Positions 29,103-38,686 are shown, counted from the stretch's first letter. The stretch is 48,800 nucleotides of DNA from a virus (IMGVR_UViG_3300005573_000129:1-48800), one strand, 5' to 3'. Numbers and translations: made by a program. The notes: generated by a model from the letters alone, not told the origin.

Positions 29103-29846
29103 TTATGGTTTAGGCAATTGTGCTTTAGCATATAAGTTAGCCTCACGCCTGTTTTTAGCCAATTTTAAGCAATATTTTATAACATCATATTCGTTAACTA
29201 TTTTTATGTTTAAAATTTTCAATACCTCTATGTAAGTAAGAATAATAATATCCTCATAATCCCTTACAAATACCTCTTTATTAACGCCTAATTGTTGTCT
29301 TTTTGCAATTAGTTTAGGTATTACTTTCTGCCTAATATTTCCAAATTTCTTATCACATTTTGACCCTAAACAGGCATTAGGTAAATGCCTGTTGTTTGAC
29401 GGTAATCTCATTTTTATGTTTAGTTTTTTGCACAAATTAATGTAAAGCTTATCAGCTATTATCATGTCAGGTTTTTCTTTTAACAGAATTTTCTCTATTT
29501 CATTTTGGTTCTCACCAAATAAGAACCAAACTTTAGTTTGGTTTATGTTAGTTAACATGAAAATACCAATTCCTGAATTTAACTTACGTAATGATTTTGC
29601 TCTTATTGTATTTTCACACTTAAGAAAATGAAAATCAACATAAGAACCTATTAATTTTTCATCATTAGAGGCGAAAAGAGGCAATTCTTTCCGCCTTTTA
29701 ATTTGTTGACCGTATATGTTTTTAGCATATACGGTTTTAACGCCTAATTTCGCAATATTATACCTAATAGTCGATACACTTTTACCTGTAATTTCGGCTA
29801 TTTCATTTAGAGAATAGCCTTCACTTACCAATTCCTCTATTTTCAT
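29103..29846 (-). CDS. HTH protein with a degenerate integrase-core (DDE/rve)-like domain
   Basis: N-terminal GYSLNEIAEITGKSVSTIRY HTH; YVDF, KPDMIIADK and KCDKKF spaced like an RNase H-fold transposase core; GGTGA RBS on the minus strand. Confidence 0.5.
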   Translation of the reverse strand: MKIEELVSEGYSLNEIAEITGKSVSTIRYNIAKLGVKTVYAKNIYGQQIKRRKELPLFASNDEKLIGSYVDFHFLKCENTIRAKSLRKLNSGIGIFMLTNINQTKVWFLFGENQNEIEKILLKEKPDMIIADKLYINLCKKLNIKMRLPSNNRHLPNACLGSKCDKKFGNIRQKVIPKLIAKRQQLGVNKEVFVRDYEDIIILTYIEVLKILNIKIVNEYDVIKYCLKLAKNRREANLYAKAQLPKP

Positions 29847-30002
29847 TTTTTATTTCACCATGATTAATTATAATGATTATAGTATATATACATAATCATC
29901 ATCATTAGCACATCCTTATATAAGGTATTGATCATTTTTATGGATTAACACCCTTTACCTACCCTCTATTATTTTACAGGCGGAAATTAAAGGCACAATA
30001 AA

Positions 30003-30040
30003 TTTTATATGTATGTTATGCGTAGTATATCCTAAAGGTG
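30003..30040 (+). promoter_or_regulatory. archaeal-type promoter with GCGTA element
   Basis: TTTATAT box, atgcgtagtata, AAGGTG RBS. Confidence 0.5.
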
Positions 30041-30048
30041 TTAAAAAG

Positions 30049-30147
30049 ATGGAGAAAAGAATAATGTACCTCATAAAGAGAGACCAGAGGGAGAGTTTTT
30101 TATTCCAGAAGAGGCTAGACGAAAAGCTAAACAGGAGGTTTTTCTAA
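30049..30147 (+). CDS. 32-aa basic microprotein
   Basis: MEKRIMYLIKRDQRESFLFQKRLDEKLNRRFF*, with promoter and RBS upstream; not in the ORF track. Confidence 0.45.
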   Translation: MEKRIMYLIKRDQRESFLFQKRLDEKLNRRFF

Positions 30148-30148
30148 A

Positions 30149-30601
30149 ATGTCAACAATAACAAACTCTATTTTAGACAAATATGGATTTACCACTAAAA
30201 ACGGTATTACTAAAGCGACAATAAACGGAGACAACTTTATTGTTGAAATTTTTATAAACGGTGAAGACATGAGGCTAGAGTACACGGATTTTGATAACGG
30301 TGAAATTTTTAATCCAGAGTCGGCAAGTATTCACCTGTCTGATCTATCAGAAACTGATCTAAAGGAAATAGAACAAAACTATAACAACTATGTGCAAAAC
30401 TATGACTTAACCACAACATGGAATAATGGACGGATAACTGTTGAAAGATTTTTGAAAAATTTTGACTGTCATGTACAATTCTCTCATATACACACCTATA
30501 AGACAGTAGGTTTTACTATCAGGCAAATAAGCCCTAGAGACTTAAACAACATATTTGAAAATACACAGGCAGTAATTAGGGTAATGTCATATTTTCTATA
30601 A
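30149..30601 (+). CDS. hypothetical protein
   Basis: AGGAGG RBS; 150-aa ORF; T-tract after the stop. Confidence 0.6.
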   Translation: MSTITNSILDKYGFTTKNGITKATINGDNFIVEIFINGEDMRLEYTDFDNGEIFNPESASIHLSDLSETDLKEIEQNYNNYVQNYDLTTTWNNGRITVERFLKNFDCHVQFSHIHTYKTVGFTIRQISPRDLNNIFENTQAVIRVMSYFL

Positions 30602-30770
30602 TCTTTTTTTCTTTTTCTTTTTAGCAATACAAAAGTAGTTATTGCAAAATTTTGTTAAAGCCCTGTGTGTGTGCTGTATTTTAGCTTTTAAAATAGCTAA
30701 ATGGGTATTGCCTTTAAAAATAATTTAAAGCTCAAAAAATTTAAAGCTCAAAAAAAGAAAAAAAGAAAAA
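30602..30770. terminator. bidirectional terminator region between convergent genes
   Basis: T-tracts at 30605-30622, A-tracts at 30750-30770; direct repeat aatttaaagctcaaaaaa twice. Confidence 0.55.
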
Positions 30771-30773
30771 TGC

Positions 30774-31085
30774 TTATTCGCTATCAATAGTTTCAGCAAG
30801 TATATCCTTGAGATTTTCAATTACTGAAATAACGACCTCATCTGTCAGCTGTTTAGCGATGTTTATAATATCATCTTTTGTTTTTATGTACCACTGCCCT
30901 GTCTTGTAAAAGTTACCGAAGTACACACGACAAGCCCTTATATTGCCATTTCTGTCAGGCTCTAACTCTACCACGAGTTTTAGCCCTTTTATAGCCAATA
31001 GCAGATCGCTTAGAACGTTTACGTCTCCCCAAGTCAGGTTTTCCTTTATTTTCTGAATTTGTTCCTCAGAGAACACATTTATCAC
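30774..31085 (-). CDS. hypothetical protein
   Basis: 103-aa ORF; minus-strand TTTATATA box ~31110-31117. Confidence 0.55.
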   Translation of the reverse strand: MINVFSEEQIQKIKENLTWGDVNVLSDLLLAIKGLKLVVELEPDRNGNIRACRVYFGNFYKTGQWYIKTKDDIINIAKQLTDEVVISVIENLKDILAETIDSE

Positions 31086-31606
31086 CTACCATTATAATGT
31101 ACAAACAGATATATAAACTATACGCATATCATAAAGCATAAATATTACTGCAAATATTACTATAGGTGATATTATCCGTAGTAATTTTTGGATTTAGTAC
31201 TTGAGAGAGCTAATAACCTTCAAAAAAAGTTTTATTATTGTTTAAAGGCATTACCCGATCCTATATATTTAAAGAGAGCCGGTTTTATTGTTCAAAATAA
31301 GCGCCTATATTATTCCCTTCAAGTTTAGGATCACTCACCTATAGGATTATTTGCCCTGTATAATGGCATTTGTGTGATTCATTAGTGTTAACTATTTATT
31401 TCCACAGCTATAATATATCATCTAATAGGCTTTAATGGTAGATATAAGAGTTGTAGGGTTGTTTATATAGTACCCCCTATATTATCCCTCTCTATATGGA
31501 TAATTCTGTCCTTTATTATGGGTAAACTTCATAAATTGATCGAGTACAAGACCAAGAAGATGATCTTACCGCAAAAATCCGGTCTATAATCGATGATAAC
31601 AAAAGG

Positions 31607-31642
31607 CTTAAATATGATATGCGTATATTATATTATTGAGGT
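31607..31642 (+). promoter_or_regulatory. promoter with GCGTATATTATA element
   Basis: CTTAAATA box, atgcgtatattata, GAGGT RBS. Confidence 0.5.
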
Positions 31643-31649
31643 TGAGAAT

Positions 31650-31808
31650 ATGAGTGAGAGAGTAAAGTATGCCGTAAGTCTGATGAAGGAGTACGAAAAG
31701 AAGGCGAATGAGCTGAAGGAGTTTAAGGATTTAGTGGACACTGTGATAGTGTCGCTAAATTATCATGAGTTTAATGAATTTGTAAAAGAGGTTAAAAAGG
31801 CGGACTAA
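31650..31808 (+). CDS. small hypothetical protein
   Basis: Start moved to ATG 31650 after GAGGT. Confidence 0.5.
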   Translation: MSERVKYAVSLMKEYEKKANELKEFKDLVDTVIVSLNYHEFNEFVKEVKKAD

Positions 31809-31882
31809 ATGGCTTACTCAATTTTTTTCTTATGTGATATTATCACAGTCGTTAATCCTGTAGATTTACATGAGTCTAAAAG

Positions 31883-32362
31883 GTGAACACTATGAAAGTA
31901 ATTTTAAAAGTTGAAATTCCGAGAGCATTCAGATCAGTATGGCGTAATTTTATCACTGAACTGTTAACGTATAGTGATCAGGTTAATGACGATTCTATGC
32001 CTACTGTTACTTACTTTATGTTTTTAAATGGAACTCTTCTTAACATTGGTGATCGTTGGTTCTTTAGTGGACTTAAGTATAACAAGGGAAAGCCGGATAC
32101 TGTAGAAATTGATTATGAAGGCAGTCGTCAAGGTTTCGTTGATGGTTATTCATTGTTTAAGGCATATTGGGAAATTACACCACTGGAGTCTGGTAAGACA
32201 ATCTCATTTAGGATAACATTAGATGATGTTACTGTCGATTTCAATGCTACAGTCGAAGAATACATAGATGATGATGATTCACCATTCTTGAGAGAGCATT
32301 ATATTCGTTCAGAATATATAGAAGGAGAAGAATACGATGAAATTACAAACTTTTACTATTAA
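31883..32362 (+). CDS. acidic hypothetical protein
   Basis: 159-aa ORF with RBS. Confidence 0.55.
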   Translation: MNTMKVILKVEIPRAFRSVWRNFITELLTYSDQVNDDSMPTVTYFMFLNGTLLNIGDRWFFSGLKYNKGKPDTVEIDYEGSRQGFVDGYSLFKAYWEITPLESGKTISFRITLDDVTVDFNATVEEYIDDDDSPFLREHYIRSEYIEGEEYDEITNFYY

Positions 32363-32394
32363 TTTTTATTTAAATAATAAGGAGGCATGATAAA

Positions 32395-32763
32395 ATGAAA
32401 GAAATAGGAATTAATCTATTGAGTGAGGCTAAAAAACGAGGATTTAAGTCTTTTTTTGATTTAACGGAATATGATTCTGAATGGGTAAATGAAGCAACTA
32501 AAAAAGATGTATTGGAAATAGCAGAGAAATACAATTATAAAGTATTTGGCATTTCTATGTGGAATTGGAATATTGTAATTGGCGAAGACCTTAAGAACAT
32601 TAAAAGTTTTGATATAGACTATCTCTTTAAGCTTGAAGACTATGAAAAGCTTAAGTCGACAATAGATAAGTTTGAAGACTTAAGAATAAAGACGATTCCA
32701 TTTATTAATGAATTTGTTAGCACAATTGAAAACTTGAGCATTTTCAGCTGTATATGGGTGTGA
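32395..32763 (+). CDS. hypothetical protein
   Basis: AGGAGG RBS; 122 aa. Confidence 0.55.
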   Translation: MKEIGINLLSEAKKRGFKSFFDLTEYDSEWVNEATKKDVLEIAEKYNYKVFGISMWNWNIVIGEDLKNIKSFDIDYLFKLEDYEKLKSTIDKFEDLRIKTIPFINEFVSTIENLSIFSCIWV

Positions 32764-33677
32764 CTAAAATGAGCTCTGTTGAAAAAATAATAGATGAAAG
32801 CAATTTACCAAATACGATCAAATCTATAATTAAAGAGGGAATAGAGCTTAATGCTGACCCAGACATAATAATAAGCACGGTTTTGAAAGAGCTTGATAAA
32901 TTAGAAACTAAAGAATCTAACAATAATAACCCAATTTTAAAGCCTGCAAATGGGTATACAAAACTTGAAAGAGAAATAGCCAATATGCTAATTGAAAATT
33001 CAGGGTGTAGTATTTTAGATTCAGGTGCTGTTTATGGTAGGCATTTTGAGCATAATAGAAAAGTTGAGGACTTTAGAGAAAATCCTAAATTTTATGCCAA
33101 AGTTTACTCCGATGGCTCTATTGATTTCTCTATAGATACCTTTCATTTCCTTAATAGCCATTTAATCATTGATGATCTTTCTGAAAGATTGGACATAGAG
33201 CTTAAAATGTATTTGAACAACAAAACCAATGATCCCTATCCTCAAATTGAAAGACTTTCTAAATTCGCAGATGATCTTATTGATAGAGGCGTTTTCTATG
33301 GCTATTATGACTTTAACACCTATAACATGGATTCGCTATTGACTCAAGTGCTTCAAGGATTAATTTTAAAACGTTCAGAAGGTGATGAACATGGATATGT
33401 TATTTTGCAAATTCATAATGGATGTGATGTTAGATATGGCTATACATCTCCAAAGGTCTTTAAACTAAAGTCTATAATGGATTTTTGGATCGATCAAGAA
33501 GAGTATTCTGCATATTGTGGTTGTCAAGCTATGCATGTAAATGGTGGTGAAAAGTATTCAGACTATGGGAATATTTGCGGATTGCCAAAAGGATGGAAGG
33601 TTCATAAGAACAAAGATGAATATTTTCTAAAATGTGGTTTGTGTAAACAGAAAGTCAAGTTTACAGTAGGATTTTAA
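32754..33677 (+). CDS. viral protein of unknown function with C-terminal Cys motifs
   Basis: Conserved-looking blocks LDSGAVYGR, NTYN, QIHNGCDVRYGYT.P; terminal CGLC. Confidence 0.55.
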   Translation: MGVTKMSSVEKIIDESNLPNTIKSIIKEGIELNADPDIIISTVLKELDKLETKESNNNNPILKPANGYTKLEREIANMLIENSGCSILDSGAVYGRHFEHNRKVEDFRENPKFYAKVYSDGSIDFSIDTFHFLNSHLIIDDLSERLDIELKMYLNNKTNDPYPQIERLSKFADDLIDRGVFYGYYDFNTYNMDSLLTQVLQGLILKRSEGDEHGYVILQIHNGCDVRYGYTSPKVFKLKSIMDFWIDQEEYSAYCGCQAMHVNGGEKYSDYGNICGLPKGWKVHKNKDEYFLKCGLCKQKVKFTVGF

Positions 33678-33679
33678 AA

Positions 33680-34525
33680 ATGGTGGTGTTGAAGATGCAA
33701 AAAATAGAGGAGAAAAACAGAACGGACTTGCTAATTTTTTCAATAGACTCTTATCTGTTAAGGCAATTGCTTGAGTATGCTGAAAAAGAAATAGACAAAT
33801 TGGCATTTTTTGCTGAAGGCAATATTTTAAAAATGCGTCAATTATCTCCAGATCGTTCCAGTATGATTATATTTGAACTCAATAAAGGATATGACCCTGA
33901 TATGCTGAAGCAATTAGGTCAAAAGTCTATAGAGATTGAAGATATGCAGTCACTTCTTGATTTACTATCTATCTATAGAAAAAACAATTCTGAAGATTTA
34001 ATATTTAGAGTTTATAAAATGGGAGAATTTTATCATGCATCAATTGAATCAAGCAGGACTACTATAGAAGTCAGTGCTTATTGCAACGAGTACGCATCTC
34101 ATGGAGAACCAGCATCATATGGAAACAAATATTTCATTAATATTGGTATGGATGAGTTACAGGACTTGAAGAAATTTGCTAATATCTTGAAGAATCTTGG
34201 ATTAGAAACAATATCTATAAAAACAGATATGGTTGAAGGTCGTGTTTGTAGGATTATCTTTAGTGGTGATGGGTCTTGGTCATTGCCTATTTCAAAGTCA
34301 AGCGTCTTGGAACTTGTGTTTTATGCGGATGATATTGAGACAAATGTTAAAGATGGTATTTATGCTAAATTCCCAATTGAGAACTTCATGCATTTAATTG
34401 GATTGAAATCTCCAGCACTTTCTATTATCAATCTATTGCCAACAAAAGATGGTGGATATATTTTTGAAATATGTTATGAGATAGATGGTTATTTTGTAAA
34501 AGGATATCTTGCACCGGTGGAATGA
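33680..34525 (+). CDS. divergent PCNA-like DNA sliding clamp
   Basis: LKMRQLSPDRSSMIIFEL resembles PCNA 'l...D.srv.lv...l'; C-terminal KGYLAP resembles 'yylAP'; length about 280 aa. Confidence 0.65.
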   Translation: MVVLKMQKIEEKNRTDLLIFSIDSYLLRQLLEYAEKEIDKLAFFAEGNILKMRQLSPDRSSMIIFELNKGYDPDMLKQLGQKSIEIEDMQSLLDLLSIYRKNNSEDLIFRVYKMGEFYHASIESSRTTIEVSAYCNEYASHGEPASYGNKYFINIGMDELQDLKKFANILKNLGLETISIKTDMVEGRVCRIIFSGDGSWSLPISKSSVLELVFYADDIETNVKDGIYAKFPIENFMHLIGLKSPALSIINLLPTKDGGYIFEICYEIDGYFVKGYLAPVE

Positions 34526-34737
34526 ATATGGTATTGTCTAATGATGAAAATTGGAAAGGATACATTAATGTAGAGTATATAGACATAGATGGCAATAGAG
34601 CCGTATATCATTTTAAAACCGATTTTGTTCCTTGGTATATAGAGGATCGAAAAGAGCTTGAGAACTTTGTCATAAATAAATTAGCAAAGAAGAAAGGCAA
34701 AGATATTAAAATCATAGGGATTACGGTGAATGAATAA
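34522..34737 (+). CDS. small hypothetical protein
   Basis: ATGA overlap with the clamp gene. Confidence 0.5.
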   Translation: MNMVLSNDENWKGYINVEYIDIDGNRAVYHFKTDFVPWYIEDRKELENFVINKLAKKKGKDIKIIGITVNE

Positions 34738-34795
34738 CACACCCTTTTTTTAAGCACTCTATTTATATATTATATTACATAAAGAGGTGTATGGA

Positions 34796-34963
34796 GTGAA
34801 AACTATGAAACCGAAAATATTTGAAAAACGAGTTAATTTTTTGATTCCGGAAGAATATCTAAACCTTCTAAATGAAGAGGCAACACAAACACATACTACG
34901 GTGTCAAACATAATTAGAGATATGATCAGAGAAAGGTACAAAGACAAAATACAGCATTATTGA
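34796..34963 (+). CDS. ribbon-helix-helix (CopG/Arc-like) DNA-binding protein
   Basis: MKTMKPKIFEKRVNFLIPEEYLNLLNEEATQTHTTVSNIIRDMIRERY...; TTTATATA box at 34762 and GAGGTG RBS; not in the ORF track. Confidence 0.7.
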   Translation: MKTMKPKIFEKRVNFLIPEEYLNLLNEEATQTHTTVSNIIRDMIRERYKDKIQHY

Positions 34964-35121
34964 GTTTTTAAGTAAAAAAAAAAGTGGAGTACTATGAGAA
35001 AGATCATCTTCTATGTAACTATGCCGTTACAGTATTTGAAAAATTGCCAAAGTCTACACGGTCTTAAGGCATCTCTAAATAATAAGAGCCTGAGAACGCA
35101 TGTATATCGCTAAACATAAAA

Positions 35122-35158
35122 TTTATATATAAGAAGCGTATATTATAATATCAGAGGT
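35122..35158 (+). promoter_or_regulatory. promoter with GCGTATATTATA element
   Basis: TTTATATA, aagcgtatattata, GAGGT RBS. Confidence 0.55.
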
Positions 35159-35166
35159 TAAATTAT

Positions 35167-35409
35167 ATGGCTTCTAAAAACGAGTGGAGATGCCCTCACT
35201 GTGGTGGTGTTTTTGATCAATTTATTTATATTAGGAGAGATCATGTTCTTGGCGGATTCGTTGATCATGAATTTACAAACTATCTATCTGTAAATGATTT
35301 TCTTGAAGAATTCGAATTTTATTGCCCATACGATAATTGTGGGTATCAGTTGTCTGTTGAGGACTTTAAAAAATTCAATAAAGCCAATTTAGCAAAAAGA
35401 AAATGGTGA
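35167..35409 (+). CDS. Zn-ribbon protein
   Basis: CPHCG ... CPYDNCG. Confidence 0.6.
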   Translation: MASKNEWRCPHCGGVFDQFIYIRRDHVLGGFVDHEFTNYLSVNDFLEEFEFYCPYDNCGYQLSVEDFKKFNKANLAKRKW

Positions 35410-36431
35410 TCAAAATGTGTGAATGGTGGAGTTGTATTGTGCTTAAAGATGGTAGAGTATTCCATTCCATGAATACATCTTCTCATGAAAGGCTTTTGGC
35501 AGAAATTCAAGTAAAAACAGAAGATATGAGCAATGCATACGATTTTGATTCCCTTACAGAAAGAGATTATGTAGCTATCGAAATACTTCCTAAAGACTAT
35601 AGGTATGTTTTCAGTAACGAGAGAGAGAATTGGAAATATAAAGTAGATGAAGAGATGACTTTGCCAAAATGGTACAAAGACAACGAAGTAGAGTTTAGGC
35701 TTAAGGTATGGAAGGAATGGGAAAGAACTCATAATTTAATATTTTCAGATTTCTATCTCAACCTAATGACAAGTTATCAGCTTTTGGATTATGATGAAAA
35801 GAACGTCAGGAATGCAGAGTCTTTGGTGGATACAGTATTAGAGTATGCTTTGCTTAATTTGGAAATCAAAGATCGGACTGATACCAACATTAAATCAGAC
35901 ATTATGTCATCTCTTGGACTCGATTCCCAAATTGATGTTAGTTTAGTTTCTCGAAGTGATTTAGGACTAATATTCAAGTCATACCAAAACCTAAAATTGT
36001 TCACAGTAAAGACAGCAAAGGACTTTATCACAATGAGCATTTTCAATAGATACTCTCCAGAGTTTTTCAATGCTATAAATACATCTCTGAACTTTAAGAT
36101 AAAGGAAAGACTCTTGAAGAACAAAAAATTGCGTAATTCAATGTTAGAAAACCTTGTATATGATTCATTTTTCTTGAACAATTATTTCAATTCTGTAGTT
36201 GATATGCTGAAACTTTGGATTTGGTCTGGATTCGTTTACGGTCATACTTTCAATGACATAAGGAGATTTGCACGACTCTCTTTGAGGCATTTGATTCCAA
36301 ATGGTTTCTTGCCTTATTGGTTTGGAGTTAGCGATTATTCCACAGAAGATGATCTGAAGCCGTATGTTTTGGTTTATACAATTGATCGTGTTCATCTTGA
36401 TGAGGCATTAAAAATTGTAGGAGGTATATAA
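35403..36431 (+). CDS. hypothetical protein
   Basis: 342-aa ORF within an operon. Confidence 0.6.
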   Translation: MVIKMCEWWSCIVLKDGRVFHSMNTSSHERLLAEIQVKTEDMSNAYDFDSLTERDYVAIEILPKDYRYVFSNERENWKYKVDEEMTLPKWYKDNEVEFRLKVWKEWERTHNLIFSDFYLNLMTSYQLLDYDEKNVRNAESLVDTVLEYALLNLEIKDRTDTNIKSDIMSSLGLDSQIDVSLVSRSDLGLIFKSYQNLKLFTVKTAKDFITMSIFNRYSPEFFNAINTSLNFKIKERLLKNKKLRNSMLENLVYDSFFLNNYFNSVVDMLKLWIWSGFVYGHTFNDIRRFARLSLRHLIPNGFLPYWFGVSDYSTEDDLKPYVLVYTIDRVHLDEALKIVGGI

Positions 36432-36435
36432 AAGA

Positions 36436-37818
36436 ATGGAACTGATTTGGAGAGGTAAAAAACCTACTGTTGACAGGATTGGAATGCCATTCCAAATTGT
36501 TGAGACTATGAATGAGCCAAGATCACAAGCAATTGAGAATTGTTCTAATGTAGCTTCAGATAAATGGTATAATAAACTCATTTTGGGTGATAATAAATTA
36601 GCAATGAATTTTCTGTTAACGAATGGCTATGCAGGGAAGATTGATCTAATTTACATAGACCCACCTTTTGCTACAGGAACGGACTTTACATTGAACGTTG
36701 TGTTAGGCGAAGAGAATGCAACCAATAACGCATCAACAATCAAGACGAAGGCTTACACCGATACATGGGGTCAAGGTTTAGCTTCATATCTGCAAATGAT
36801 GTATGATAGGCTTGTTCTAATGAAAGAACTACTGAACGATACAGGCTCTATTTATGTGCATTTAGATTATCGAGTAATCCACTATGTAAAATTAATTATG
36901 GATGAAATATTTGGGAAAGAAAACTTTCAAAATGAGATTATTTGGTCATATAGAACTGGTGGAGTTGGGAAGAAGAAGTTTGGCAAAAAACATGATACAA
37001 TACTTCTGTATTCGAAAACAAGCAATTTTAAATTTAATCCATTAAAAGAAAGAATATACTATGAAAAACCATTCTTTAATCCTCTAAAAGATGAACACGG
37101 AAGATATTATGCAGATGTTCTTTTAAGAGACGTTATTGAAGGTGAACTAAACATAAATATTGATGGTAAATTAGAAAAAATTGATGTTAAACCAGTAATT
37201 AATGTATCTTCAGATAGGTTAGGATTTCCAACACAAAAACCAAGAGGACTACTAGAACTGATTTTGTTGGCTTCTTCTAATAAAGGCGATCTTGTTGCCG
37301 ACTTTTTCTGTGGTTCTGGCACTACTCTTGCAGTTGCAGAAAAATTAGGAAGAAGGTGGATTGGTTGTGATCTTTCTAAACTTGCAATAAACATAACCAG
37401 AAAGCGATTATTGGATATACCGAAATGCAAGCCTTTCCAGATATTGAATTGTGGCATAAAAGAAAATGGTGATAAAGGCTTTGGCTTAAATCATTTGGAT
37501 GTTGATTATCAGTTAAATGGAAAAGAGATTACAATTGAATTGAAGAAATTTACTATTGCGAATCAAGAGAATCTTCCAGAAAACATTAGGACAGGAATCA
37601 ATGATTTTGCATTAATTGATTATTGGTCAGTTGATTTTGACTATAAGGGTGATATTTTCAACAGCATGATGCAAGAATACAGAAGCAATAAAAATCCAAA
37701 GCTTTGCACAAGAATGAGATATACCTACGAAAATTCTGGAAAATATGACGTTCTTGTTAAAGCCATTGATGTCTTTGGGAATGAAACTAACAAACTTCTA
37801 CATGTTATGGTTGGTTAA
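36436..37818 (+). CDS. site-specific DNA methyltransferase (beta class, type III Mod-like), orphan
   Basis: LIYIDPPF, GSIYVHLD, FPTQKP, DFFCGSGTT, RRWIGCD. Confidence 0.9.
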   Translation: MELIWRGKKPTVDRIGMPFQIVETMNEPRSQAIENCSNVASDKWYNKLILGDNKLAMNFLLTNGYAGKIDLIYIDPPFATGTDFTLNVVLGEENATNNASTIKTKAYTDTWGQGLASYLQMMYDRLVLMKELLNDTGSIYVHLDYRVIHYVKLIMDEIFGKENFQNEIIWSYRTGGVGKKKFGKKHDTILLYSKTSNFKFNPLKERIYYEKPFFNPLKDEHGRYYADVLLRDVIEGELNINIDGKLEKIDVKPVINVSSDRLGFPTQKPRGLLELILLASSNKGDLVADFFCGSGTTLAVAEKLGRRWIGCDLSKLAINITRKRLLDIPKCKPFQILNCGIKENGDKGFGLNHLDVDYQLNGKEITIELKKFTIANQENLPENIRTGINDFALIDYWSVDFDYKGDIFNSMMQEYRSNKNPKLCTRMRYTYENSGKYDVLVKAIDVFGNETNKLLHVMVG

Positions 37819-37848
37819 AAATGGAGGTAAGAGGAGGGAATTTGAAAA

Positions 37849-38091
37849 ATGTATAAATGCCCATATTGTGAAAAGGAGATAGATAAACTTCTTTTTACAG
37901 GCATCCAGCATATAAGTGGATGGTACTTTGGCAATTCTTTTTACGACATAAATAGCTCTTCAGAGTCTTCAGTTGAAGAACCACACTATTATTGCCCAGA
38001 ATGTGATGCCTGTTTTGAAGATAAGTATGTAGAAGAATTTGAGAAAATAACAGAGTCAGAATTGCAACAAAGGGTTAGGGAAAGAAAATGA
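37849..38091 (+). CDS. Zn-ribbon protein
   Basis: CPYC ... CPEC; similar layout to 35167-35409. Confidence 0.6.
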   Translation: MYKCPYCEKEIDKLLFTGIQHISGWYFGNSFYDINSSSESSVEEPHYYCPECDACFEDKYVEEFEKITESELQQRVRERK

Positions 38092-38186
38092 TCCAGAACA
38101 CAAGGATAAAGGTAGAATGCCCAGAGTGTGGTAGAGTTTTTTGGATAGACTTGACCGATTTAGAAATTACAAAATATGAGGTGTAA
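38088..38186 (+). CDS. 32-aa CPxCG microprotein
   Basis: MIQNTRIKVECPECGRVFWIDLTDLEITKYEV*; ATGA overlap; fills the gap between neighbouring genes. Confidence 0.5.
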   Translation: MIQNTRIKVECPECGRVFWIDLTDLEITKYEV

Positions 38187-38189
38187 AAA

Positions 38190-38423
38190 ATGAATGTGTT
38201 ATTTAGTGATGTATTTCACAAAGCTGTGCTAGAGCTAAAAACTTCGTTGGATGGAGTAAACCATTGGGGAATTACATTCTATACAACAAATGGGAACATT
38301 ACTCTTTGGTTTACCGATGATGTAAAGGTTTCAGTTGATCCTGTGTTTGAAGACATGGTAGATTTCAACTTTAGCATAAAGGAGAAGAAGAAGAAGAAGA
38401 GCACAGCGGAGAAGAGAAAATGA
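38190..38423 (+). CDS. hypothetical protein with Lys-rich tail
   Basis: GAGGTG RBS. Confidence 0.5.
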   Translation: MNVLFSDVFHKAVLELKTSLDGVNHWGITFYTTNGNITLWFTDDVKVSVDPVFEDMVDFNFSIKEKKKKKSTAEKRK

Positions 38424-38686
38424 AGACCTTTAAGGATGAAATTTTAGAGAGTGTAAAAGACATCCCTAACAATTTTTACATATCAAAAGGAGTATTAATC
38501 AATCAGTATGGGACACATATGCTGATATTCAATACAACTAAAGAAAATGTTCCAAGAATCATTCAATTGGTATGTTCAAAGATTAGGATAGCTAAATATG
38601 TGGTACAAAAAGAAGATTTGTTCATAAAAGTAGCATTTATAATTCCGATAGGATTGTTGAGAAATAGTAAGTTAGTTGTTAGGTGA
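38420..38686 (+). CDS. hypothetical protein
   Basis: ATGA overlap. Confidence 0.5.
   Translation: MKTFKDEILESVKDIPNNFYISKGVLINQYGTHMLIFNTTKENVPRIIQLVCSKIRIAKYVVQKEDLFIKVAFIIPIGLLRNSKLVVR

Noticed and set aside
29103-29846. Intact IS element
   Set aside because: No terminal inverted repeats or target-site duplication found, and the catalytic triad is atypical
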